DNA of 64,000 nucleotides from the sequence record NC_105512.1; one strand, given 5' to 3'. A program made the translations under genes and the position numbers. The stretch's first letter is position 1, and each line of letters begins with the position of its first letter. Origin of the DNA: Escherichia phage JLBYU43. The notes beneath the pieces were generated by a model. That model saw only the letters and a list, made by a program, of their open reading frames with translations, made no database searches and was not told the DNA's origin. Positions 18,396 through 28,292 of this stretch are shown here, one piece after another.

Positions 18396-19155
18396 ACTGA
18401 ACTGGAACGTAGAAGGTGTAACCGAGTCTCTGAAAGCAAAAGCCACTGCTCTGGGTGTTGCTGTAATCTCTCAAGAACAAGTAGCTGCTATCGCTGCTGA
18501 ACTGGCCGCTGAAACTGGCAAAGATGTTACCGCTCGCTCTGTTGGCTCTAAACTGCGTAAAGAAGGTTTTGAAGTACAGAAAGCTAATGAAGTACAGAAA
18601 TCTCCGTGGACTCCTGAGCAGGAAGCTGAACTGGTTGATTTCCTGAACGCTCATGCTGGTCAGTATACCTATGCTGAAATCGCTGCTGCTGTAGCTGGTG
18701 GTCAGTTCGGTGCTAAGCAGGTACAGGGTAAGATTCTGAGCCTGGAAATGACCGCTTCTGTTAAGCCAACCGAAAAAGCTGCCGCTGTTCGTTCCTTCAC
18801 TCCGGATGAAGAAACTGATTTTGTTAATCAGGTTGTTGCTGGTGCTACTATTGAAGCTATCGCTGCTCACTTCGGTCGTAATATCAAGCAGATCCGTGGT
18901 AAAGCTCTGAGCCTGCTTCGTGAAGGTCGTATCGCTGCTATGCCGGTACAGGAAACCTCAAGTGCTAAAACTCGTGAAGATCTGTTAGAAGGTCTGGATT
19001 TGGTTAACATGACTGTTGCTGAGATCGCCGAGAAAACTGGTAAGTCTGAGCGCGGTGTTAAATCTATGCTGTCTCGTCGTGGTCTGGTTGCTAAGGACTA
19101 TGATGGTGCCGCTAAGCGTGCTAAACTGGATGCAAAAGCTGCGGCTGCTGAATAA
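18388..19155 (+). CDS. putative DNA-binding protein with four tandem HTH-like repeats, high-expression codon usage
   Basis: four ~50-aa internal repeats (e.g. TYAEIAAAVAGGQFGAKQVQGKILSL); ctg/cgt/gaa/ggt bias. Confidence 0.55.
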   Translation: MSKLNWNVEGVTESLKAKATALGVAVISQEQVAAIAAELAAETGKDVTARSVGSKLRKEGFEVQKANEVQKSPWTPEQEAELVDFLNAHAGQYTYAEIAAAVAGGQFGAKQVQGKILSLEMTASVKPTEKAAAVRSFTPDEETDFVNQVVAGATIEAIAAHFGRNIKQIRGKALSLLREGRIAAMPVQETSSAKTREDLLEGLDLVNMTVAEIAEKTGKSERGVKSMLSRRGLVAKDYDGAAKRAKLDAKAAAAE

Positions 19156-19172
19156 TCTGGTAAATTAAACCT

Positions 19173-19205
19173 AAGGGGAGGGGGCTATGCTCCTTCCCCT
19201 TTTTG
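19173..19205 (+). terminator. Rho-independent terminator
   Basis: stem AAGGGGAGG/CCTTCCCCTT then TTTTTG; contains the track ATG 19187. Confidence 0.6.
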
Positions 19206-19237
19206 CATTTAGAAGGCACGAAAGCGTGCAAAGGAGA

Positions 19238-20710
19238 ATGACCTTGTTTAACGTGCAAGCTGTAGTGTTGAAGATGCTTCTAGCTTCTGAACAGAAGCAA
19301 ATAGCATTGGAAACATTCTCAAAACTGCATAAAGATCATTTTAATGACGCTTTCTCCTCAATTTACCAAGCCGTCCAGAATTATTATAAAAAATATAACA
19401 CAATGCCGTCCATTGACGCACTGATGCTTGAGGCTAATAGGAACGCCCGTCTTTCTCAAGCTCTAGTCGTCTTAGCTAACACTCAAATTCCAGAAGTGAG
19501 CATGGAACAGGCACTTGAAGTCCTAGAAGCAGAATATACACAGGATTTATTCCTGAAGCTTCTAGAAACAGACGTGCTTCAAGATTTAACAATGCTGGAT
19601 CAGGGAGAAATTCTCAACCGAGTTGCCTCCCTTCACTTAAAATTAGAAGAGAAAGTAACGAATACTGGAAAAGTATTCAACGCAGATAACATGCGTATTT
19701 TCCAGAGAGAAGAAGATACCAAACTGAACTTAATCGCTCTTGGTATTTGTAATGAGTTCGACGCTCAAATTGGTTTAGCTCGCACAGAAACGTTACTGCT
19801 TGGTGGTTGGCGTGGTACTGGTAAATCCATTATCTGTTCAAACATACAGGTTCAGCAATATTTGAATGGAGATATTGCTCCATACTTCTCAATTGAGATG
19901 AAAGAACATGAAGTATTTAGACGTAATCTAGCCATGTTAGCTGGTGTATCAGCATTAGCAATGCGTAATAACACTCTTGAAGGTGCTGCTCTGTTGAGAT
20001 TAGCCAGAACTAGGGCTAGGATGTTTAATGGTGGTGAAGAGCTTTTCGATAACTTCGTTAAGCAATACACTATGGCTAAAATGAGTGACTTCTATGATAT
20101 GGAAAGTAAACTCCTTGAAGGCTATGAGCTTCACACTCCTATGATCATCGTTTACGATCCTGAACTGTCTATTACGACTGTTGACGTAGAATTAAATAAA
20201 CTAGTTGCTAAATATGGTGATAAGGTTACTGTAGCTCTTCTAGACTATATTAACCAAACAAGACTTCCAGATTCAAAGACCATTGACATGTATGACTGGA
20301 AAGAACAGATGGTCGTTAGTTCATCTTTCAAATCTATCTGCCAGAAACATAACGTGGCTGGTGTAGCTCCTTACCAGATCGATCAAGATGGTAGAACACG
20401 TATGTCAAAGGGGATTCTTGATTCCGCAGACATGGCTGCTAATCTTAATGCTGCAAAAGCTGATAATGGTCAAGGTGCTATTATGTTTGACTTCGTTAAG
20501 ACTCGTTCTTCTGATAGCGTGAAGTTTATGCCTAAAATGAACTGGGAAACTCTGCGAATGGATAACACTACCAACCTAGCAATGGAAGATATATCTCAAA
20601 TGGAAGCTGAGTTCGTTATCCCTATTGAGAAGGATAAGCCGGCTCAACCTAAACGTGCTAAGAAAGACAAAACTGAAAATTCAACAGGTGAACAGGCCAG
20701 CGATATATGA
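19238..20710 (+). CDS. RecA-fold replicative helicase (DnaB-like)
   Basis: Walker A GWRGTGKS; RBS AAAGGAGA; start moved from 19187. Confidence 0.6.
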   Translation: MTLFNVQAVVLKMLLASEQKQIALETFSKLHKDHFNDAFSSIYQAVQNYYKKYNTMPSIDALMLEANRNARLSQALVVLANTQIPEVSMEQALEVLEAEYTQDLFLKLLETDVLQDLTMLDQGEILNRVASLHLKLEEKVTNTGKVFNADNMRIFQREEDTKLNLIALGICNEFDAQIGLARTETLLLGGWRGTGKSIICSNIQVQQYLNGDIAPYFSIEMKEHEVFRRNLAMLAGVSALAMRNNTLEGAALLRLARTRARMFNGGEELFDNFVKQYTMAKMSDFYDMESKLLEGYELHTPMIIVYDPELSITTVDVELNKLVAKYGDKVTVALLDYINQTRLPDSKTIDMYDWKEQMVVSSSFKSICQKHNVAGVAPYQIDQDGRTRMSKGILDSADMAANLNAAKADNGQGAIMFDFVKTRSSDSVKFMPKMNWETLRMDNTTNLAMEDISQMEAEFVIPIEKDKPAQPKRAKKDKTENSTGEQASDI

Positions 20711-21240
20711 TAACACAGGAAAGGCTAAAAGAGTTATTTGATTACTCCCCAGAAACTGGGGAGTTTACTAGAAAAGTATCTAGAGGCAATCAGAAAGCTG
20801 GGAGTATAGTAAATAGAAAAGACTCTAATGGCTATATAATTATTGGCATAGATGGCAAGGATTACAAAGCTCATCGTATGGCTTTTCTATTTATGGAGAA
20901 TACACTGCCTGAAAAAGTAGACCATGTAAACAGAATACCATTCGATAACAGATGGTGTAATCTAAGAGATGCCACAGCCCAGGAAAATAGTAGAAATAAA
21001 ACAGCATGTAGTAAATCTGGATACTTAGGAGTTGCTTGGGATAAGAAAAATCAAAAATGGGAAGTTAGAGTCAGGGATTATTTAGGAAATAAAAAATATT
21101 TCGGAAGATTTAACTATCTGGATTTACAATCAGCTGTTGAGATAGCTAATAAGGCCAGACTACAGTTACACGGAGAACGTGCTGTTATAGAGATTTTTGA
21201 TATATATAATTATCCTGCACTAGAGGAGCTAAACTCATGA
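20707..21240 (+). CDS. HNH homing endonuclease with AP2-like domain
   Basis: HRMAF...VDHVNR...NRWCNL; paralogs at 31086, 62111, 63411. Confidence 0.75.
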   Translation: MITQERLKELFDYSPETGEFTRKVSRGNQKAGSIVNRKDSNGYIIIGIDGKDYKAHRMAFLFMENTLPEKVDHVNRIPFDNRWCNLRDATAQENSRNKTACSKSGYLGVAWDKKNQKWEVRVRDYLGNKKYFGRFNYLDLQSAVEIANKARLQLHGERAVIEIFDIYNYPALEELNS

Positions 21241-22127
21241 GTAGAATAACAGAACTACTTGATCTGAAAGGCATCGAATATAAAGATACAGGTGGTGATA
21301 TTCTTATATGCTGTCTCAATCCAGATCACGATGATAAACACCCAAGTTTGCGTATTGATCCTGAAACAGGCATTATGCACTGCTTGAGTTGTGGCTTCGG
21401 TAAAGGTATACCGAGCATTTACCATTATTTTAATGAGACTCAGTACCGACAGTCTCCAAGACTATCGCAGGTACGTAAAAAGATTTCAGAGATTAGGAAT
21501 GGATCTACGAATCTTGCAATTCCTGAATCTGCTTACCTTTTCGAAGGTGATTTCCGAGGTATAAGTTCTAAGACCTTGAAGAAATATTTTGCTTTCCAAC
21601 ACCAAGCAGACTGGGAAGGCAGAATTGTATTTCCAATCACAGATGCTGTTGGACGTAATATCCTATTTTTGGGTCGTTCTATAAACAGTTCTGCCCCTCC
21701 TAAATACTTAGTAAAACCAAAACAAGTTTCACCACCGATTTTCCCTGTACGATATAATACTCCAGTTCTTATCTTAGTTGAGGGTATCTTTGATATGCTG
21801 AACCTAGAGGATAATGGTATAGACTATGCTTCTTGCTGCTTTGGTACACATCAGTTCACTTCAGATAACATTGCAGATAAGTTCAGTCCTTATATTATTG
21901 CTGGTGTAAAAGTTGTTGTTATCTTACTAGATAATGATGCTTCTGGTAATAAAGCTGCACAAGCGTTGGCCAAGTTAATTCGTACAAAAACGCGTTTAAC
22001 ACCTGTAATTGCTAACTTTCTCCTACCTGAAGGCAAAGATCCAGGTGATTTAAACAAAGATGAAATTGATATGTTAGCAAAACGTATTGAAATTTTAGTT
22101 GCTGAATCGCTTAAAGATTTGGTATAA
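21237..22127 (+). CDS. DnaG-like DNA primase
   Basis: CHC2 zinc finger C-x-H...C-x-x-C near N-terminus, TOPRIM-like region. Confidence 0.75.
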   Translation: MSRITELLDLKGIEYKDTGGDILICCLNPDHDDKHPSLRIDPETGIMHCLSCGFGKGIPSIYHYFNETQYRQSPRLSQVRKKISEIRNGSTNLAIPESAYLFEGDFRGISSKTLKKYFAFQHQADWEGRIVFPITDAVGRNILFLGRSINSSAPPKYLVKPKQVSPPIFPVRYNTPVLILVEGIFDMLNLEDNGIDYASCCFGTHQFTSDNIADKFSPYIIAGVKVVVILLDNDASGNKAAQALAKLIRTKTRLTPVIANFLLPEGKDPGDLNKDEIDMLAKRIEILVAESLKDLV

Positions 22128-22153
22128 TAGTCCTAAATAACTGAGGAGCTACT

Positions 22154-22483
22154 ATGGAATATGTATATATTTATGAGGATGTTCCAGTGTATGATAGTAT
22201 AACACGCAAAGAGGTTAAACTAGAGCGGTTTACAACACTGGAGTCCCTTAACAAACGAAAGAATTTCCATTTATTTGGTGATCCTAAATTACCTGCATCT
22301 TATATTTACTTTAAAGTAAAAGATACAGGTCAAGAGGTATACCTAACATATGATTGGGCTGTTGTAGAAAATACTGAGCAATCTATGAAAGCGCTAGATG
22401 CTTTTCTGCGTATAGATGAAGAATTTCGGGTACTAGAAAAGCATCGCAATGAAATGCGTAAATTACTTCACACCTATAAATAG
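22154..22483 (+). CDS. hypothetical protein (109 aa)
   Basis: RBS GAGGAG. Confidence 0.5.
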   Translation: MEYVYIYEDVPVYDSITRKEVKLERFTTLESLNKRKNFHLFGDPKLPASYIYFKVKDTGQEVYLTYDWAVVENTEQSMKALDAFLRIDEEFRVLEKHRNEMRKLLHTYK

Positions 22484-22486
22484 TAT

Positions 22487-22515
22487 TTGCTATTATCCCA
22501 ATATTTTGATATAAT
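22487..22515 (+). promoter_or_regulatory. promoter upstream of DNA polymerase
   Basis: TTGCTA-17-TATAAT. Confidence 0.55.
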
Positions 22516-22576
22516 ATATTGGTAAGTTAGAGAAGAAACACTGAAGTTATACTTACTTACCAAGAGGAGATTAAAT

Positions 22577-25144
22577 TTGAAAATCGCAGTAGTTGATAAA
22601 GCTCTAAATAACACTCGTTATGATAAACATTTCCAGCTATACGGCGAGGAAGTTGATGTATTCCATATGTGTAACGAGAAGTTATCTGGTCGTTTGCTTA
22701 AAAAGCACATTACTATTGGAACACCAGAAAACCCATTTGATCCGAATGATTATGATTTTGTTATACTAGTAGGTGCTGAACCTTTCCTGTATTTCGCAGG
22801 TAAGAAAGGCATTGGTGACTATACTGGTAAACGTGTAGAGTATAATGGATATGCTAACTGGATTGCGAGTATCAGCCCAGCCCAGTTACACTTTAAGCCC
22901 GAAATGAAACCAGTTTTTGATGCAACAGTAGATAATATCCACGATATTATCAATGGTCGTGAGAAGATTGCAAAAGCTGGTGATTACCGCCCTATTACTG
23001 ACCCTGATGAGGCAGAAGAATATATCAAGATGGTGTATAATATGGTTATCGGACCTGTAGCATTCGACTCCGAAACCTCAGCACTATACTGTCGAGATGG
23101 TTATCTGCTTGGTGTTTCTATGTCTCACCAAGAGTATCAGGGTGTGTATATCGATTCTGATTGTCTCACAGAGGTTGCAGTATATTATCTCCAGAAAATT
23201 CTGGATAGTGAAAACCACACTATTGTTTTTCACAACCTGAAGTTTGATATGCACTTTTATAAGTACCATCTGGGACTTACTTTTGATAAAGCACATAAAG
23301 AACGCAGGCTTCATGATACTATGTTGCAGCATTATGTTCTAGATGAGCGTCGTGGTACTCATGGCTTGAAATCTCTAGCAATGAAGTATACCGATATGGG
23401 TGACTATGACTTTGAACTAGATAAGTTCAAGGAGGATTACTACAAAGCACATAAAATCAAGAAAGAAGATTTCACTTATGATTTAATTCCGTTTGATATT
23501 ATGTGGCCTTACGCTGCAAAAGATACCGATGCCACCATACGTTTGCACAACTTCTTCTTACCAAAAATTGAGAAGAATGAAAAACTTTGCAGTCTGTATT
23601 ATGATGTTCTAATGCCTGGTTGTGTATTCCTCCAGCGTGTTGAGGATCGTGGTGTACCAATTTCTATTGATCGCCTGAAAGAAGCACAGTACCAGTTAAC
23701 TCATAATCTGAATAAAGCTCGTGAAAAGCTGTATACTTACCCAGAAGTCGTTCAGCTAGAGAAAGATCAGAACGAAGCGTTTAACCCAAACTCTGTTAAA
23801 CAACTCCGTGTTCTTCTGTTTGATTATGTTGGGTTAACTCCAACAGGTAAATTGACAGATACTGGAGCGGACTCTACAGATGCAGAAGCTCTGAACGAAC
23901 TGTCTACGCAGCATCCAATTGCTAAAACTCTGCTAGAGATTCGTAAGCTGACTAAGCTGATCTCTACTTACGTTGAGAAGATTCTTCTGAGCATTGATGC
24001 TGATGGTTGCATTCGTACTGGCTTCCACGAACACATGACTACTTCTGGTCGTCTGAGTTCTTCTGGTAAACTGAACCTGCAACAGTTACCTCGTGATGAA
24101 TCTATTATCAAGGGTTGTGTAGTAGCTCCTCCCGGGTATCGTGTAATCGCATGGGACTTAACAACTGCGGAAGTTTATTATGCTGCTGTTCTATCTGGTG
24201 ATAGAAATATGCAACAAGTATTTATCAACATGAGAAATGAACCAGATAAATACCCTGACTTCCACTCTAACATCGCACACATGGTATTTAAGCTCCAATG
24301 CGAACCTCGTGATGTTAAAAAGTTATTCCCAGCCCTGCGTCAAGCAGCTAAAGCAATCACTTTTGGTATTTTGTATGGTTCTGGCCCGGCTAAAGTAGCT
24401 CATTCTGTTAATGAGGCTCTTTTGGAACAAGCTGCTAAGACAGGCGAACCGTTTGTAGAGTGTACTGTTGCAGATGCTAAAGAGTACATTGAAACTTACT
24501 TCGGCCAGTTCCCGCAGCTTAAGCGTTGGATTGATAAGTGCCACGATCAGATCAAGAATCATGGATTTATCTATAGTCACTTTGGTCGTAAACGTCGTCT
24601 GCATAATATCCACTCTGAAGACCGTGGTGTTCAGGGTGAAGAAATCCGTTCTGGATTTAACGCAATCATTCAGTCTGCTTCTTCTGATAGTCTCCTTTTA
24701 GGTGCTGTAGATGCAGATAATGAGATCATTTCTCTTGGCCTAGAACAAGAGATGAAGATTGTTATGCTGGTTCACGACTCAGTAGTTGCTATTGTTCGTG
24801 AGGATTTGATCGACCAATACAATGAAATCCTGATTCGTAATATCCAAAAAGACCGTGGTATCAGTATTCCTGGCTGTCCGATTGGTATTGATTCTGATTC
24901 TGAAGCTGGAGGTTCTCGTGACTACTCTTGTGGTAAGATGAAGAAGCAGCACCCATCAATCGCTTGTATTGATGATGATGAATATACTCGTTATGTCAAG
25001 GGTGTATTACTTGATGCAGAATTCGAGTATAAGAAATTAGCTGCAATGGATAAAGAGCATCCAGATCATAGCAAATACAAGGATGATAAGTTTATTGCTG
25101 TATGTAAAGATTTGGATAATGTGAGAAGGATTCTCGGTGCTTGA
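22577..25144 (+). CDS. family A DNA polymerase with 3'-5' exonuclease (T5-type, 855 aa)
   Basis: TTG start with RBS AAGAGGAGA; exo and pol motifs; N-terminus MKIAVVDKALNN as remembered for T5 pol. Confidence 0.95.
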   Translation: MKIAVVDKALNNTRYDKHFQLYGEEVDVFHMCNEKLSGRLLKKHITIGTPENPFDPNDYDFVILVGAEPFLYFAGKKGIGDYTGKRVEYNGYANWIASISPAQLHFKPEMKPVFDATVDNIHDIINGREKIAKAGDYRPITDPDEAEEYIKMVYNMVIGPVAFDSETSALYCRDGYLLGVSMSHQEYQGVYIDSDCLTEVAVYYLQKILDSENHTIVFHNLKFDMHFYKYHLGLTFDKAHKERRLHDTMLQHYVLDERRGTHGLKSLAMKYTDMGDYDFELDKFKEDYYKAHKIKKEDFTYDLIPFDIMWPYAAKDTDATIRLHNFFLPKIEKNEKLCSLYYDVLMPGCVFLQRVEDRGVPISIDRLKEAQYQLTHNLNKAREKLYTYPEVVQLEKDQNEAFNPNSVKQLRVLLFDYVGLTPTGKLTDTGADSTDAEALNELSTQHPIAKTLLEIRKLTKLISTYVEKILLSIDADGCIRTGFHEHMTTSGRLSSSGKLNLQQLPRDESIIKGCVVAPPGYRVIAWDLTTAEVYYAAVLSGDRNMQQVFINMRNEPDKYPDFHSNIAHMVFKLQCEPRDVKKLFPALRQAAKAITFGILYGSGPAKVAHSVNEALLEQAAKTGEPFVECTVADAKEYIETYFGQFPQLKRWIDKCHDQIKNHGFIYSHFGRKRRLHNIHSEDRGVQGEEIRSGFNAIIQSASSDSLLLGAVDADNEIISLGLEQEMKIVMLVHDSVVAIVREDLIDQYNEILIRNIQKDRGISIPGCPIGIDSDSEAGGSRDYSCGKMKKQHPSIACIDDDEYTRYVKGVLLDAEFEYKKLAAMDKEHPDHSKYKDDKFIAVCKDLDNVRRILGA

Positions 25145-25634
25145 TTTCAAATTGCCCGTATATGCTTTACGGGCATTTGTATCAATTGAGCAAGAAGGTG
25201 ATTATTCCGTAATTACAACAAGATATAATAAATATGTGCTAGATAACAGGAAGTTGCCTGGTACGTTTTCTCAACGTAGGCTTATTCTATTTGAGAAACG
25301 GAAAGAATTACCATACAAGCTCTATCCTATTAGAGGTAGAATATCAATGTTGTCTCAATTAGTTGGGTCAAAGCGTAGCCAATTTATAGATTCTGATGGA
25401 AATCTTATTAACTGGAAGAAAACTACGTTCTATGATGTTGTCACCTCTAAAGTTTTACATTCAGCTAGAATTTATAACGGAAAATACCAATGCTATGTAG
25501 CTAAAGTTCCATACCCATTTGTATTATCCTATGTTCCAGCTTATATAAGCTATATTCTGGTAAATAATAGCCCTGTTATTTATCAAGCCCATCAAGAGGA
25601 GCCTGAAATTCCTAGACTTAGAATAAAATTATGA
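25137..25634 (+). CDS. hypothetical protein (165 aa)
   Basis: GTG start, RBS GAGAAGGA. Confidence 0.4.
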   Translation: MLDFKLPVYALRAFVSIEQEGDYSVITTRYNKYVLDNRKLPGTFSQRRLILFEKRKELPYKLYPIRGRISMLSQLVGSKRSQFIDSDGNLINWKKTTFYDVVTSKVLHSARIYNGKYQCYVAKVPYPFVLSYVPAYISYILVNNSPVIYQAHQEEPEIPRLRIKL

Positions 25635-26983
25635 AGGTTGTTATATCTAATAAAGCCTATTTCAAGCCCGATGATGAACTTTGGGATTATTGTAGTAAGC
25701 AAACCACTTATCACATTGAGACAATGACTAGTAAATACCCTATTATGTATAAGAATAGTGGTGTTGTTGCCAAAGAGATTAAGTGGATTCCTATCACGCG
25801 TCTGGATTTATTAGATGCTAAAGGAGTAAAATACGAATTAGTTGATAAACGCACACTAGCTCCGGTAGATATACCAAAACCTAAGTTCAAACTGCGTGAA
25901 GAAGACCAGCTCCCAATATATGAAGAGTGTGATGATACCTGTATTATTAATGGTAAGCCTGGATTCGGTAAAACTATCCTAGCCCTTGCACTTGCATATA
26001 AATTTGGCCAGAAAACTTTGGTAATTTGTACTAACACATCTATTCGTGAAATGTGGGCGGCAGAAGTTCGTAAATGGTTTGGGTTTGAACCGGGTATCAT
26101 AGGTTCTGGGAAATACAATATTGATCCACCAATTGTGGTCAGTAATATTCAAACAGTGAATAAACATGCGAATAATCTTTCTAAAGTATTCGGTACTGTT
26201 ATAGTTGATGAAGTTCACCATTGTGTGGCTACAACTTTCACTAACTTCCTAGAAATATCATGTGCTCGCTATAAGATTGGACTATCTGGAACATTAAAAC
26301 GTAAAGATGGTCTACAAGTTATGTTCAAAGATTTCTTTGGATATAAGATCTTTAGCCCACCGGTTAATAATACTGTTGCACCTACAATCCATAGGTACTC
26401 CGTGCCTGTTGAGTTATCGGGAAACCAAAACGTACCATGGGCATTACGTGCTAATGATGTGTACAACCATCCTGAATATCGAGAGACTATTATAAATCTA
26501 GCACATTTATATGTGAATATGGGGCATAAGGTACTCATTGTAAGTGACAGAACAGAGTTAATCCAAACAGTACTAGAAGCTCTTGCACAGCGTGGTGTTA
26601 CAACATACGAAATTATAGGGGCAACCCACTTGGATGACCGATTAAAAATTCAGGAAGATATAGCAAAAGGTGGACCTTGTGTACTTGCAGCAGCTCAAAG
26701 TATCTTCTCTGAAGGTATTTCTCTTAATGAGTTGTCTTGTTTAATAATGGGAAGTCTCATTAATAATGAATCTCTCATTGAACAGCTTGCAGGTCGTGTT
26801 CAACGTATTGTTGAGGGTAAACTCGACCCGATTGTTGTAGATCTAATTATGAAAGGTGGCACTGGACTAAGGCAGGCTTCTGGACGTATGGCAGTATATC
26901 GTAACAACGGGTGGAAAACTATTACCATGACTCCGGAGAAAGCAGTTCAATTAGCTAAAATTGCATTTGGCAACAGCTCATAA
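25631..26983 (+). CDS. SF2 DNA helicase (T5 D10-like)
   Basis: Walker A GKPGFGKT, DEAH-like VIVDEVHH. Confidence 0.8.
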   Translation: MKVVISNKAYFKPDDELWDYCSKQTTYHIETMTSKYPIMYKNSGVVAKEIKWIPITRLDLLDAKGVKYELVDKRTLAPVDIPKPKFKLREEDQLPIYEECDDTCIINGKPGFGKTILALALAYKFGQKTLVICTNTSIREMWAAEVRKWFGFEPGIIGSGKYNIDPPIVVSNIQTVNKHANNLSKVFGTVIVDEVHHCVATTFTNFLEISCARYKIGLSGTLKRKDGLQVMFKDFFGYKIFSPPVNNTVAPTIHRYSVPVELSGNQNVPWALRANDVYNHPEYRETIINLAHLYVNMGHKVLIVSDRTELIQTVLEALAQRGVTTYEIIGATHLDDRLKIQEDIAKGGPCVLAAAQSIFSEGISLNELSCLIMGSLINNESLIEQLAGRVQRIVEGKLDPIVVDLIMKGGTGLRQASGRMAVYRNNGWKTITMTPEKAVQLAKIAFGNSS

Positions 26984-26995
26984 ATGATGTATAAT
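26967..26995 (+). promoter_or_regulatory. promoter, copy 1
   Basis: TTGGCA-17-TATAAT then ATATACATAAATTTGAGAGAG. Confidence 0.5.
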
Positions 26996-27068
26996 ATATA
27001 CATAAATTTGAGAGAGAGAAAGTTTCGGATTGATAAGAAAGTCCGAAGCAGAAAAATAAAAATTTTAG

Positions 27069-27098
27069 TTGCTAAATTCTCTCGAAATCTAGTATAAT
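27069..27098 (+). promoter_or_regulatory. promoter, copy 2
   Basis: TTGCTA-18-TATAAT then ATATACATAAATTCGAGGAG. Confidence 0.55.
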
Positions 27099-27205
27099 AT
27101 ATACATAAATTCGAGGAGAAAACAAAAATTAAATTCTTCGATTATGAAAAGCTATACTTACTAGCTAGAGGAAATTCCGACCTAATTATTAAGCTATTCA
27201 AAAGA

Positions 27206-27490
27206 ATGCTTACAGAGCCTGATGCTCACCAATTATTGGTCGGTCCCTCATTCATTTTGAATGAATCAACAATAGTTGATAATCCAAATAAATTGTCTAA
27301 TAGACAACTGGCAGAATATCTAGGAATTTTAAGTCTACGAAATTATGCCGAATACAAGTTTACAAACGATCCTAGTCTGGACATGCAATATGTTCCAGTA
27401 TGGATACCACGTTTAGTAATCGACACTAACCCACTAATCGCAATTAACAAATCGAAATTAATCTTTAAAGAGGAAATAAAATATGGCTAA
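27206..27490 (+). CDS. hypothetical protein (94 aa)
   Basis: ORF only, weak RBS. Confidence 0.3.
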   Translation: MLTEPDAHQLLVGPSFILNESTIVDNPNKLSNRQLAEYLGILSLRNYAEYKFTNDPSLDMQYVPVWIPRLVIDTNPLIAINKSKLIFKEEIKYG

Positions 27491-28256
27491 GTCTTGGGGC
27501 GAAACTACTGGTGGTTCTAACGATAAAATCGAATTCCTGAAGTTCAACAACGGTATCACTCGTGTTCGTATCGTTTCTGGTGTTCTTCCACGTTATGTTT
27601 ATTGGCTGACTAATAAAGATGGTAACGCAGCTCCTTTCGAATGTCTCCGTTTTAACCGTGACAAAGAGAGTTTTGTTCGTGGTAAAGCTGATCCGGTTCA
27701 TGAGATGGGCTTCTTCGAGAAAGAGCTGGATAAAGATGGTAATCGTGTTCCGCTGAAACCGAAGAAAAACTATATCGCTTTTGTTATTGACCGTTCTGAT
27801 AACAAACTGAAAGTAATGGAAGTTAAGGCTACTATTCTGAAAGGCATTCAGTCTATCATGAAGCAGTTGAGTCTGGCAACTCCGTTTGATATTGATATTT
27901 CTATCGAGAAAAAAGGTAAAGGTTTCGATACTGAGTATGATGTACAGCAGATTGCTGCTATGCAGTTCCAGATTAAGCTGCAAGATCCTAACAGTGCGGA
28001 ATCTAAGCAATATGCTGCGGATGTCGATCTGATCGGTGAAGCTATGTGTGATGAAGATGGCGACATCATTAAGTTCGAAAAAGTTCCTTCTCTGGAACAA
28101 ACCTATCCGGTTCCTACCTATGAAGAGCAGAAAGAAGCAATTCTAGCCTTCATGGAGGGTCGTGAGAATAAAGATGATGATGCCAAATCTGGTAATAGCA
28201 ATGCAGGTTCCCAGAAAGGTATTGACTCAGAAGCTGCAAGCGATCTGGACGACTAA
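27483..28256 (+). CDS. acidic-tailed protein, possible ssDNA-binding protein (D11 position)
   Basis: RBS AAAGAGGAAA; acidic C-terminus DSEAASDLDD; optimal codons. Confidence 0.5.
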   Translation: MAKSWGETTGGSNDKIEFLKFNNGITRVRIVSGVLPRYVYWLTNKDGNAAPFECLRFNRDKESFVRGKADPVHEMGFFEKELDKDGNRVPLKPKKNYIAFVIDRSDNKLKVMEVKATILKGIQSIMKQLSLATPFDIDISIEKKGKGFDTEYDVQQIAAMQFQIKLQDPNSAESKQYAADVDLIGEAMCDEDGDIIKFEKVPSLEQTYPVPTYEEQKEAILAFMEGRENKDDDAKSGNSNAGSQKGIDSEAASDLDD

Positions 28257-28263
28257 TAAATAG

Positions 28264-28287
28264 AGGGGCTTCGGCCCCTTTCTTTTT
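28264..28287 (+). terminator. Rho-independent terminator
   Basis: stem AGGGGC/GCCCCT, loop TTCG, then TTTCTTTTT. Confidence 0.75.
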
Positions 28288-28292
28288 AACCA

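Noticed and set aside
19187-19237. Track start codon ATG 19187 for the DnaB-like helicase
   Set aside because: It sits inside the loop of the upstream terminator hairpin; ATG 19238 has a proper RBS (AAAGGAGA).
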